Positions 43,501-59,420 of a stretch of 64,000 nucleotides of DNA are shown in pieces. Position 1 is the stretch's first letter; every line of letters starts with the position of its first letter. The position numbers and the translations under genes are program-made. The notes under the pieces are model-generated. The model was not told the origin of the DNA. It saw nothing but the letters and a program-made list of their open reading frames with translations, and did not search any database. Where the stretch lies: assembly GCF_009914755.1 (NCBI RefSeq), contig NC_060937.1; one strand, written 5' to 3'. Source of the stretch: the human T2T-CHM13v2.0 reference genome, Homo sapiens.

Positions 43501-44012
43501 AAAGGGTGAGAATTTGGAAAAGGTAAGAGTTTATGAGATAGTCTTAATTAAAGAAAACTATTCACTTATACCAACACTTGGAAAGTTATCTAAAATACTA
43601 ACTACTTCTTTTAGGTTGGAAAAATTAGAAGGTAACTGTTCCTTTCCATTTTTTCATAGGTACTGTGGGGCAGCCCAGGAGCCACTAACAACCAAGGCCT
43701 GCACCGGAATAAGCTACAAGGATTGGTTTGGAAGGCCAAAAACCTCAGCTGACCCTAAGTCAGTTCTGCTTCTTATACAGACTATTTCAGTCCCGTCTCC
43801 CCAGTGTTACCAATGTTGTGTTTCCACCTAATCCTAACTCCTTATCTTCTAAAATGTGACATGTTTCCTTGGCTCTTCAAAGCAAAATGGAAAGAGGGAG
43901 AGATTCAAATCCTAATGCTGTCACTTAACTGTGTGAAGATGGGTAGATGAGGTACATTACTTAGTTTCTCTGAGCTGTACTTTTCTCATTTTTAGAATGA
44001 GATGATAACACA

Positions 44013-44365
44013 TGATATGATTTGGCTGTGTCCCCACCCAAATCTCATCTTAAATTGTAGTTCCCATAATCCCCATGTGTGTTGGGAGGGACCTGGTCGG
44101 AGGTAATTGAATCATGGGGGCAGTTCCCCTGATGCTATTCTTGTGATAGTAAGTTCTCACGAGATCATATGGTTTTATAAGGAGCTTCCCCCTTCACTTG
44201 ACTTTCATTCTTCTCCTTCCTGCTGCCACGTGAAGAAGGACATGATTGTAAGTTTCCTGAGGCCTCCCCAGCCCTGCAGAACTGTGAGTCAGTTAAACCT
44301 CTTTCCTTTACAAACTACCCAGTCTTGGGCAGTTCTTTATAGCAGCGTGAGAATGGACTAATACA
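44013..44365 (+). mobile_element. THE1 solo LTR (THE1C/D-like) inserted into a MIR
   Basis: tgatatgatttggctgtgtccccacccaaatctcatc ... gaatggactaataca; MIR sequence at ~43900-44012 and ~44366-44440. Confidence 0.95.
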
Positions 44366-44849
44366 CGTATCTTTAAGTTTTCTGTGGTGAAGATTAAGCA
44401 TGGCAGACACAGAGTATGTACCCAATAAATAATAGGTATAATTGTGCTCATCCACACTCTCATCAATTACCTGGCAAAAATTCTATTCAAGGGCTAGGAC
44501 TCTGCTACTCCACTCCAATCCTCTTCAGTTCCACTATGTTTACCTCAGTTCCCCAACCAAATGGGTAACAGCTGGTTTTGCATGAAAGTGAGCAACTATG
44601 GAGGCAGAGGATTGTCTCCTCACGTACTCGGGATGAATTCTACCCCGAGGCACCACACCCTTGTTGGGCCAACTGCACAGAATTCTGTGCATGCACGACT
44701 ATCAAGTGTTTATCTATTGCCCCAGAAGCAAGCTTCTCTAAACCTGGTGCTTGTTTCTCTCCTATGCTTCCATCTCCTGTTGACCTCCCTTCCAATTCTT
44801 TCCAATGTGCCTCATGGAATTTTCATTCTGTTATGAGTAACCCTCTGTT

Positions 44850-45240
44850 GATCTCCTAGTTTTCATTAAACGTTGTCTGTGCTTCAAGAACACTGAATAT
44901 CTTTTTGCTGTGTTAAATCCAAAGCTTAGTCATTGGTCCTCATCTTAGTTGAATCCTCAGTACTTTCGCTACTACCACCCTTGTACAAGCTGCTACCTTT
45001 TTTTTTTTTTTGCCTGAAATGATACAGTAGTGTATAAACCAAGTATCTCTGCTTGCATCGTCATCTGCCTGTCATGTATGCTCAATGTAGTAACCACAGT
45101 GATCCTTATAAAAGTAAAGTCAGGTAAATGTCACTCCTTGGCTACTTCAGGTCAGGGACCATGTCATTTTTTTTTTTCCCTCTGTATCTCCAGGGCTTAT
45201 CGCTGAAACTTAGCAGGCACTCAGTAAATATTTTGCTAAG
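44850..45240 (+). mobile_element. L2 LINE fragments
   Basis: ctaccacccttgtacaagc...agtaaccacagtgatcc...gcaggcactcagtaaatatttt terminus. Confidence 0.55.
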
Positions 45241-46761
45241 CAGTTAAAACTAAGAGAAGAAAGAGGAGGGAGAAATATGGTAATCACTTACCACATCCTC
45301 TTTTAACCTCTTGAATATCTTACCAATGTCTTCTTTTGTTCTTACTTTCACATCATTTGATTTGATAAAACAAAACTATTATCTAGAGAGGTAAGGCAGA
45401 CTTGTGAACTGGACCCGTAGAAGTTAAGTGATGTCCCTGTTTGCAGTGTCAATGAGATTGAGGGCTTGGGCTTGAACCCAACCTTCTCCCTCCAAATAGC
45501 CTGCTCTTTCTGTTATGTCATGTTTCATATACAAGTTTGGGAGCCTCCAGCCCTGACTATCCCAACATATACAACATAATGTATATGTTGTCTTTGGAAA
45601 TATCTTCTGTGAAGGCCAAGCATTTAATATTACAGGAAACCTTGAAGTGGATATGGAAGCTTGGCAGCCAGCTTGGATCTTCCTAAGAGCCTCTTTCCTT
45701 CATACCATCTTCAGAGTACGTATCATTCAATAGAGACTCTCTTGCACAGGAATTATTATTATATGCTTGCAAATAGTCTCAACCAAAATCTTTAACCTGG
45801 AAATGAAGATGGGCTACTGTCTAGGAAGCCTCTGATTTTGTTATTGGTTTTTATTATCATGTTAGGTTTGTATATTAAGGAGAAAAATTGGCAGAGAGCA
45901 TCTAACCTATTAAAATTAGATATTCAAAGAAATTTAGTTTTGGGGGGTCTGAATTGATAATATAACATATGGAAGTTAAAATTCTAGAAGCTATGTTTAC
46001 TATATGATTTCATGGTGTAACAAGATCTGGGAGTAACATAAACTAATCTACCTTCCCTTGTAAACAATCATCTTCCTTCCAAGTCTTGCTGGCAGAGGAA
46101 GAGGTTGTGGGACAGTGTGGGAAGAAGGAGGGAGTCAGAGTTAATTTCATTATGTGCTTCCTAAAGAATGGGTTATTCAACAAAAACACTAGTAACAACA
46201 GCAACAATGAAACTCCACCTCTCTGAAGTGTATAGAAGATTAATATGATATTTAAGTACATTTTAAATAGATTTTCTATTTCCAAATTGATAACTGTGGT
46301 CATGTAAACTTTCATGATCCTTTGCGGCTGACTCTCTTGTATGTCCATTTGGCAGTCTCAGTTTCTGCTACATTAATTTGACCTTGATAATTTATTCATT
46401 CATATATGTTTGTATTATTTCTTGAACCAGATTACTATAAGAAACTGTCTTGTTCTTGTCATATCTTTTTCCATGCTCTCACACCTCTAAATAATTATCT
46501 AAACCTAAAAAAGGATAAGTACTTTTTAGAAATTTACTTTACATTCAAAGTAGAGTGTCTTATCTAGGTTTGACAGTTTTTACACTCTGAAAATTGAAAC
46601 TATATCAACAAAAGTAATTTTATACACTGTCCCAAGCTTTTAAGAAAGTGATAAATATACACTGTATATGACATTGAAGTACATTTTGAATAGCTTTTCT
46701 ATTTCTATCTTGATAATTATGTGGTCCCACGTAGGTCAACAACAACAAAAAAGTGTTGGGC

Positions 46762-47213
<452 letters not shown>

Positions 47214-47771
47214 ACACCAGAACTTTTTACTTTTTTGCGACTTCTTCAGGGCCCTTCTGATCATACTGATTCCATGGTCCAGCAGCCCTGACCTGCTCCA
47301 TCCACTATGTGCCCTGAAATGCATACCTGTGGTGGGAAACTCCCAACAGGAGCTTATGTCACATATACGTGGCCAGAAAAACACGAGAGTGCCTCGGGAC
47401 AAGTATTTCACGAGCAATGGAAAAAAGTCATTTTGTTACCAGTTCTTCCAGAAGCATATTCACCCATGCAGATTCATAATCTGTAACACTTAAATACAAT
47501 TTCTTTGTTTCTAATTACACATTGTAGTTTGGAGAAGCATGATAATATTCAATTAAAAGTAACTCATGAATTGTTTGTAGAAATCCCCGAGATGACTAAA
47601 TATTCTATATGAAGACAGATGAATGAAATAATTTTAATCTCAAATCTAGAATATACTTTTTAGAATTAAAGAGCAGAGGGTCTTTTATAATAAGGCAACT
47701 TGTCACCTTATGGACATCTTCAGATCATCATATGATAAGAATGTTTAATAATATTAAAAAGTGGCATTCCA

Positions 47772-48140
47772 ATAAATAACATGGTAATATTGCGGGATAC
47801 AAGCTTAATATACAAAAATCATTTGCTTTCTATATACCAGAAATGAACAATTGGAATTTGAAATAAAAAACACAATGCCATTTACATTAGCAACAACAAC
47901 AAAATGACATACTTTGATATAAATCTACCAAAATATCTACAAGTTCTATATGAAGAAAACCACAACACTGATGAAAGTATCAGTATTGGCTCATTAATTG
48001 TAACCAATATACCACAGTATTGCAAGATGTTGATAATAGGAGGATAACAGGTAGGGAGGGGATAGATGGGAACTCTCAGTACTTCCTGTTCAATTTTTTG
48101 GTAAACATAAAACAGCTTAAAAAATAAAGTCTATTAAAAA
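47772..48140 (+). mobile_element. L1MC-like fragment, ORF2 piece joined directly to the 3' terminus
   Basis: ORF2-like gcgggatacaag...aatatacaaaaatc...tatgaagaaaaccacaacactgatgaaag, then L1MC 3' end ...gggaactctcagtacttcctgttcaatttt...aaataaagtctattaaaaa. Confidence 0.75.
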
Positions 48141-48254
48141 TAAGTGCCATCCATGGAATACATATAGAAAAATGCTGCTACATTAAATATTACCTATAGA
48201 TAAAAATGCATCCCAAGACACAGTACAGCATGTTCAGATGATTCTCTGTGAAGC

Positions 48255-48490
48255 AGCATAACACAGTGGGTAGAATTCAAATTTTAGAATCAGAAAGACC
48301 TGGATTCAAATCTGAACTCTAACTTGCAAAAACTGTGTGAATCTAAGCAAGTGGCTTAATTTTTTTCTGAACCATATTTTCATCATCTGTAAAGCTTGGA
48401 TAAGAAGGACTACCTTACTTACATGAGATTATGTTTGCAAATCACATGAAACACTGTATGACACACTGTACCTGTCCAATAACTGATAAT
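48255..48490 (+). mobile_element. MIR SINE
   Basis: gcagcataacacagtggg...gaatcagaaagacctggattcaaatc...tcatctgtaaa. Confidence 0.7.
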
Positions 48491-50123
48491 ATCCAATCTT
48501 TAATGTATAAAGCTACACTTAAAAGCTGTCCATATTTTTAAAACCAACAGAATGAAGTCAGAAATAAGAAAGGTATTGGAGCAAAGGAAAAGTCATTATG
48601 CAAGGAAGGACAAGTTATTCATTCGTTTGGCTATACATACATTTGGAGACCATTCAGTAGATTCACTTACCTACATTTTGTAGGTTTTGCCACTCTTACC
48701 TCTTATTCGGAAAAAAAAAAAGCTTCGGAGATCTCTTTCCAAATCTCTTTTGCCTGCTGAAGACCATTATATGTATCGATACCTCATATTTTGGAATTTA
48801 TGGAAAGGTCTTTTTCTTTTATTTAAAATTTATAAAAAGGTATACATTTACTGTATGTAATGATAGAATCTTAGAGATAGTTCTGAAGTCCTCTTCTGAG
48901 TACTCACTCTCTATCTACCTATCTATCTATCTAACTATCTATCCTCTATGTGTATATATTTTTATCTTAAAATGTGACATAACACAGTCTGGATGCAAGA
49001 AACCAAAATGGACTCAGTGGTCACTTGCTTTCTGGTTTTTGATGAGACAGTTTCTGGGAGTGTTTGTCAACTCGTGAAGGCAGATGTATCCAGAGGTTTG
49101 AGGGTCATAGATGATGTTTGTAACCTCGTTGATGTAAGCAAAAATTGGGCTTTGACTGCCCTTGTTTGGATACTTGATATAAATTACCAAGGCATTAAAT
49201 TCACGTTAACAAGTACATGCAGGTGCTATTTGTAGTAGGTGCCAGTAAGGAAACCAGAAAACATGGTTTATGTTAAATGAGATAACATGTGTCAAGAGTT
49301 TATCTAAGTTATTCTGTATAGCAAGTATTCAATCAGTGCTATAATTTATTTTCTGCACTTCCCTATGTTTATTTTAAAAGTTTACTTTTTATCACACAGC
49401 TTTATGCCATGAAGTGATTGAATATCTCAATTTCCTCATTATAATAGACAGGGGAGAAATCAAAGAAGAAGATAGTTACAAAATATCTTTGACTAAAATA
49501 TGTACATCTGCTGTTGTGGATGGCCTCCCCCTCACTCTAACTATAAAAATAAAATACTACAGAAAAATGAGATAAGATCTTTATATGTTAATAGCAATTT
49601 ATTTCTATTTACACTTGCTTTTTATAATTATCAAAAGCTATACTTTCATGAGGAGTATTTCTCTCCTTTGAAGTATGTAAGACATATCCAGAAAGTAGAT
49701 TTAAAAAGCCATGCAAACTTATTTTCATTTCCTTAAATATTATTACCCTGGCATTTTGTTTTAAATTAAAATTCATAATAACATATATGACAGCATCTTA
49801 ATGGAGGATCAGCAGTGGAATTTGGATATACACACATTTACTTTCATTCTCAGGTACCGAATTTTTATTTTTTAATTTTTTTATTTTTTTAGTTTATTTT
49901 TTTATTTTTATTTTTTTTTATTATACTTTAAGTTTTAGGGTACATGTGCACAATGTGCAGGTTAGTTACATATGTATACATGTGCCATGCTGGTGCGCTG
50001 CACCCACTAACTCGTCATCTAGCATTAGGTATATCTCCCAATGCTGTCCCTCCCCGCTCCCCCAACCCACAACAGTCCCCAGAGTGTGACGTTCCCCTTC
50101 CTGTGTCCATGTGTTCTCATTGT

Positions 50124-53946
<3,823 letters not shown>

Positions 53947-54009
53947 TATGATGTTAGCTGGTTATTTTGCTCGTTAGTTGATGCAGTTTCTTCCTAGTCT
54001 CGATGGTCT

Positions 54010-55026
54010 TTACATTTTGGCACGATTTTGCAGCGGCTGGTACCGGTTGTTCTTTTCCATGTTTAGTGCTTCCTTCAGGAGCTCTTGTAAGGCAGGCCTG
54101 GTGGTGACAAAGTCTCTCAGCATTTGCTTGTCTGTAAATTATTTTATTTTTCCTTCACTTATGAAGCTTAGTTTGGCTGGATATGAAGTTCTGGGTTGAA
54201 AATTCTTTTCTTTAAGAATGTTGAATATTGGCCCCCACTCTCTTCTGGCTTGTAGGGTTTCTGCCGAGAGATCCGCTGTTAGTCTGATGGGCTTCCCTTT
54301 GAGGGTAACCCGACCTTTCTCTCTGGCTGCCCTTAACATTTTTTCCTTCATTTCAACTTTGGTGAATCTGACAATTATGTGTCTTGGAGTTGCTCTTCTC
54401 GAGGAGTATCTTTGTGGCGTTCTCTGTATTTCCTGAATCTGAACGTTGGCCTGCCTTGCTAGATTGGGGAAGTTCTCCTGGATAATATCCTGCAGAGTGT
54501 TTTCCAACTTGGTTCCATTCTCCCCATCACTTTCAGGTACACCAATCAGACGTAGATTTGGTCTTTTCACATAGTCCCATATTTCTTGGAGGCTTTGCTC
54601 GTTTCTTTTTATTCTTTTTTCTCTAAACTTCCCTTCTCGCTTCATTTCATTCATTTCATCTTCCATTGCTGATACCCTTTCTTCCAGTTGATCGCATCGG
54701 CTCCTGAGGCTTCTGCATTCTTCACGTAGTTCTCGAGCCTTGGTTTTCAGCTCCATCAGCTTCTTTAAGCACTTCTCTGTATTGGTTATTCTAGTTATAC
54801 ATTCTTCTAAATTTTTTTCAAAGTTTTCAACTTCTTTGCCTTTGGTTTGAATGTCCTCCCATAGCTCAGAGTAATTTGATCGTCTGAAGCCTTCTTCTCT
54901 CAGCTCGTCAAAGTCATTCTCCATCCAGCTTTGTTCCGTTGCTGGTGAGGAACTGCGTTCCTTTGGAGGAGGAGAGGCGCTCTGCTTTTTAGAGTTTCCA
55001 GTGTTTCTGCTCTGTTTTTTCCCCAT
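54010..55026 (-). pseudogene. L1 ORF1p (RNA-binding chaperone), premature stop at codon 296
   Basis: MGKKQSRNTGNSKKQ...; TAA at 54139-54141 replaces Tyr; the canonical stop is still in frame at 54010-54012 (338 codons). Confidence 0.95.
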
Positions 55027-55932
55027 CTTTGTGGTTTTATCTACTTTTGGTCTTTGATGATGGTGATGTACAGATGGGTTTTTGGTGTGGATGTCCTTTC
55101 TGTTTGTTAGTTTTCCTTCTAACAGACAGGACCCTCAGCTGCAGGTCTGTTGGAGTACCCAGCCATGTGAGGTGTCAGTGTGCCCCTGCTGGGGGGTGCC
55201 TCCCAGTTAGGCTGCCCGGGGGTCAGGGGTCAGGGACCCACTTGAGGAGGCAGTCTGCCCATTCTCAGATCTCCAGCTGCGTACTGGGAGAACCACTGCT
55301 CTCTTCAAAGCTGTCAGACAGGGACATTTAAGTCTGCAGAGGTTACTGCTGTCTTTTTGTTTGTCTGTGCCCTGCCCCCAGAGGTGGAGCCTACAGAGGC
55401 AGGCAGGCCTCCTTGAGCTGTGGTGGGCTCCACCCAGTTCGAGCTTCTGGGCTGCTTTGTTTACCTAATCAAACCTGGGCAATGGCGGGCGCCCCTCCCC
55501 CAGCCTCGCTGCCGCTGCTGCCTTGCAGTTTGATCTCAGACTGCTGTGCTAGCAATCAGCGAGACTCCGTGGGCGTAGGACCCTCCAAGCCAGGTGCCGG
55601 ATATAATCTCGTGGTGCGCCGTTTTTTAAGCCCGTCGGAAAAGCGCAGTATTCGGGTGGGAGTGACCCGATTTTCCAGGTGCCGTCCGTCACCCCTTTCT
55701 TTGACTCAGAAAGGGAACTCCCTGACCCCTTCCCAAGTGAGGCAATGCCTCGCCCTGCTTCGGCTCGCGCACGGTGCATGCACCCACTGACCTGCGCCCA
55801 CTGTCTGGCACTCCGTAGTGAGATGAACCCGGTACCTCAGATGGAAATGCAGAAATCACCGTCTTCTGCGTCGCTCACGCTTGGAGCTGTAGACCGGAGC
55901 TGTTCCTATTTGGCCATCTTGGCTCCTCCCCC
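55027..55932 (-). promoter_or_regulatory. L1 5'UTR with internal sense promoter (YY1 site) and antisense promoter
   Basis: CpG-rich 5'UTR; YY1 motif CAAGATGGCC intact at 55912-55921 on the minus strand; promoter activity inferred from the family. Confidence 0.85.
55482..55790 (+). CDS. ORF0: L1 antisense ORF0-like open frame, 102 aa (extended)
   Basis: MAGAPPPASLPLLPCSLISDCCASNQRDSVGVGPSKPG... matches primate L1 ORF0; ATG in strong context gcaATGg; expression not shown. Confidence 0.65.
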   Translation: MAGAPPPASLPLLPCSLISDCCASNQRDSVGVGPSKPGAGYNLVVRRFLSPSEKRSIRVGVTRFSRCRPSPLSLTQKGNSLTPSQVRQCLALLRLAHGACTH

Positions 55933-56201
55933 CAGGTACCGAATTTTTAAAGTAGGAATATTAAAAGCTCTTCTGCCCACTCTGTGGAGTGTTATTGGAG
56001 AGTTAAATTTTAAAAGTTCTGTATTTGCATGATCATTACTTAATTCCCCCTCAAACATAAAATGTTTGTTAATGATGTTACTACTTACAGGAAGTATAGA
56101 TCAGTTGAATAGTCAAATTTTATAGAAGGTAGATTTAATCTTGTAAGATGGACTTTTATTTCTGAAATGAGTTTACATGTCCCTGAATTTTCTTTGACAT
56201 G

Positions 56202-56562
56202 TGTATTAGTCTGTCTTCATGCTGCTGATAAAGACATATCTGTGACCTATTAATTCATAAAGAAAAAGAGGTTTAATGGACTCACAGTTCCATGGGCTGG
56301 GGAGGCCTCACAATCGTGGTGGAAGGCAAAAGCCATGTCTTACATGGTGGCAGGAGAGAGAGAATGAGAACCAAGTGAAAGAGGAAACCCCTTATAAAAC
56401 CATCAGATCTCATTAGACTTATTCACTACCACAAGAATAGTATGTGGGAAACTATTCCCATGATTCAATTATCTCCCACTGGGTCCCTCCCACAATACAT
56501 GGGAATTACGGGAGCTACAATTCAAGATGAGATTTGGGTGAGGACATAGCCAAATGATATCA
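56202..56562 (-). mobile_element. THE1 solo LTR (THE1B/C-like)
   Basis: tgtattagtctgtcttcatgctgctgataaagacata ... gagatttgggtgaggacatagccaaatgatatca. Confidence 0.95.
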
Positions 56563-56905
56563 ACACACACGTGTTTATATGAGACGTAACAAAGTCATGA
56601 GGCTAGTTTCTTTGTGAGTTTTAATTCTTTAATATGCTCATCCAATAAACTCTCAATTGTTTAGTAGGTGTAGGGCTTGAGCATCCTGCCCAAGGATACT
56701 GGGGATACAAGGGGAAAGAAGGCGTGGCCCTATTTTTAAGAAGCTCACAGTCTAAAGTGAGCTGAACATGCAGAGACATATTACAGCAAGGTGAGGCTAT
56801 CAGAGCCACGTGTACATAGAATTTCTGGGCACTCGGGGAAGTTGCCTCTCACTGCCACCCACTGCAGAGCCCTGATGAATCTTCATTTGGTGGCAGTGAG
56901 AGCAC

Positions 56906-57703
56906 TTTTCTTTTCTTTTACTTTAAGTTCTAGGATACATATGCAGAACGTGCAGGATTGTTACATAGGTATACATGTGCCATGGTGGGTTGCTGCACTA
57001 TCAACCTATCATCTAGGTTTTAAGCCCTGTAGGCATTAGATATTTGTCCTAATGCTCTCCCTCCCCTTGTCCCCCACCCCTGACAGGCCCCGGTGTGTGA
57101 TATTCCCCTCCCTGTGTCCATGTGTTCTCATTGTTCAACTCCCACTTATGAGTGAGAACATGCGGTGTTTGGTTTTCTGTTCCTGTGTTAGTTTGCTGAG
57201 AGTGATGGTTTCCAGCTTTATCCATGTCCCTGCAAAGGACATGAATTCATTTTTTTTATGGCTGCATAGTATTCCATGGTGTATATGTGCCACATTTTCT
57301 TTATTCAGTCTATCATTGATGGGCATTTGGGTTGGTTCTAAGTCTTTGCTATTGTGAATAGTGCTACAATAAACATATGTGTGCATGTGTCTTTATAGTA
57401 GGATGATTTATAATCCTTTGGGTATATGCCCAGTAGTGGAATTGCTGGTTCAAATGGTATTCCTGGTTCTAGATCCTTGAGGAATTGTCACACTGTTTTC
57501 CACAATGGTTGAGCTAATTTACACTCTCCCCAACAGTGTAAAAGCATTGCTACTTCTCCACATCCTCTCCAGCATCTGTTGTTTCCTGACTTTTTAATGG
57601 TCGCCATTCTAACTGGCATGAGATGGTATCTCATTGTGGTTTTGATTTGCGTTTCTCTAATGACTAATGATGATGAACATTTTATTCATATGTTTGTTGG
57701 CCA
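56906..57703 (-). mobile_element. 5'-truncated L1PA7/8-like element (3'UTR plus ORF2 C-terminus)
   Basis: Clear homology to the L1 3' end; degenerate TSD tgagagcacttttc / tgagaggacattc. Confidence 0.93.
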
Positions 57704-58849
57704 TGAGAGGACATTCTTTAAGGAGGTATCATTTGTCCTGTGTTTTGAAATGCAGTTAAGGGTTCCACAATTGGAATAGGGTCCATACTAAGAAGGGCAT
57801 TCTAAGCAATGGGAACAGAGTGTATAGGCAATGTGGAGGAGGCCCGACACTAGCACACAATTTTGAAATTGTGGACTCAATATGTGCAAAAGACAATTGT
57901 GATCTGTCTCACTTGTTTTAATGAACATATGTTGGGGTTAGAAAAACTGAATTTGCTTGCTTTTACTAATATGAGTATCGGAAACATCTACTACAGGATG
58001 TTTACCAAATGAATCATTATCACAGTTCCTGCTGTGGTTGAATTTTTTGTTTTTAACCTCAAACCTTTAGAGTGAAAAGTGTCACTTATATTCCCACAGT
58101 TGACTCTTCAGTAATTGTTAAGAATATCATCTTTGGTAATTGTTAAGAATTTCATCTTTCACCTGGACTTCCCTCCAGTCTTTGATCCATATGTCACTTT
58201 GTTACTAGAGGTATCATGATGTAGCTTAGTCTTTTATTTATAAACTACAGATGATCCTGATGTTCCACTACCTAAAACATTCAGGGGCTCCCCATAGTCT
58301 ACTGAAGTAAGTCTTATTGTGGCATGAAGAACATGAGCTGGCTCCAATAATTCTTTTGAACTTCCCTCCAAACTTATCACTTTCTACTTTCAAGCAGGTC
58401 CACCAAGCTTACACCATCACAAGTTGCAGACAGGGACAGAGGGAAGAGGATGAGACCGTTGAGGTAATTAGGTAGGAATCAGATGATGGAGAATTGCAAG
58501 TGTTGTACTAAGAAGTCTTGGTTTTATTCTGCATTCATGATACTTCTCAAACATTTCATCTAAAGTGTTCCAAAGGGGTAAGAAGAATATCTGCCCTCCA
58601 CTGTGGGTTTTGGGGGCATAGCCTGAAGTGGGCCATCACAAATGAAAAATGTATTTATAGTATCCCTTCATATTTTTTGGATTCTAATGTGTATTGTCCT
58701 ACTCCTTTTAATGCTAGGACAATTTTTCAACTTATTGCTACCAAGTAAAATTGAATTTCAAAAACAAGATGTTATCCTGAGTTTTGAATTCCCCCAGCAC
58801 ATTACCAGGCCTCCTGAGCAATGTGTATTCCAAATTGAGAAGCACTTTT

Positions 58850-59254
58850 TGGTAATAGGGAACCACTGGTGGATTTTAAGATGGTGACAGCAGCAACAAA
58901 CATATGACTAAATGATTCAAACTTACAAAAAGATAGATTAACATATTTAGGATTTGGAAAAGTCACTCTGATGACTCTGATGGTAGCCCTGGAAGAGGGA
59001 TTAGAGGCATGAGAATAGAAGAGGAAGAATCAGCAGGTCAGAGTACCAGTTGGATGGCTAGAGAAGCTATCAAGGAAAATTTCCAGTTCTTTGTTTTGGT
59101 ATTTGGGTAGCCAGTATTATTATTTATTGAGACAGATACAAGAAAAGAAGAAGGTTTTCAATTTTGAACATGAACGTTTGTGATGAATTTGGGACATACA
59201 GGTGAGACATTTGGTAGGAAGCTGTATATCAGGTTTGAAGAATGGGAGATAAGT

Positions 59255-59303
<49 letters not shown>

Positions 59304-59420
59304 ATCTACAACATTTTGGTATTAAAAGTCTGAAAGTGGAAATTAAAGCTATGGGAGTAGATGAAATTGCTAGGAAAGTAATATAGGATCAGAGAGAGAA
59401 ATTGTTGCATGGAAAAATGA
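58850..59420 (-). mobile_element. L2 fragment containing a tetranucleotide repeat
   Basis: tttggaaaagtcactctg...ttttgaacatg...gggacatacaggtgagac...aagctatgggagtagatga. Confidence 0.6.
59256..59303. repeat. (TATC)12 / GATA tetranucleotide STR
   Basis: Perfect tetramer run. Confidence 0.97.

Noticed and set aside
47251-47480. Acceptor-like cttcttcag followed by ~75 open codons
   Set aside because: No recognisable homology and no convincing donor
48993-49235. 80-aa plus ORF with an overlapping ~63-codon open minus frame
   Set aside because: Neither translation resembles a protein I know, and there are no splice, poly(A) or TSD hallmarks of a retrocopy
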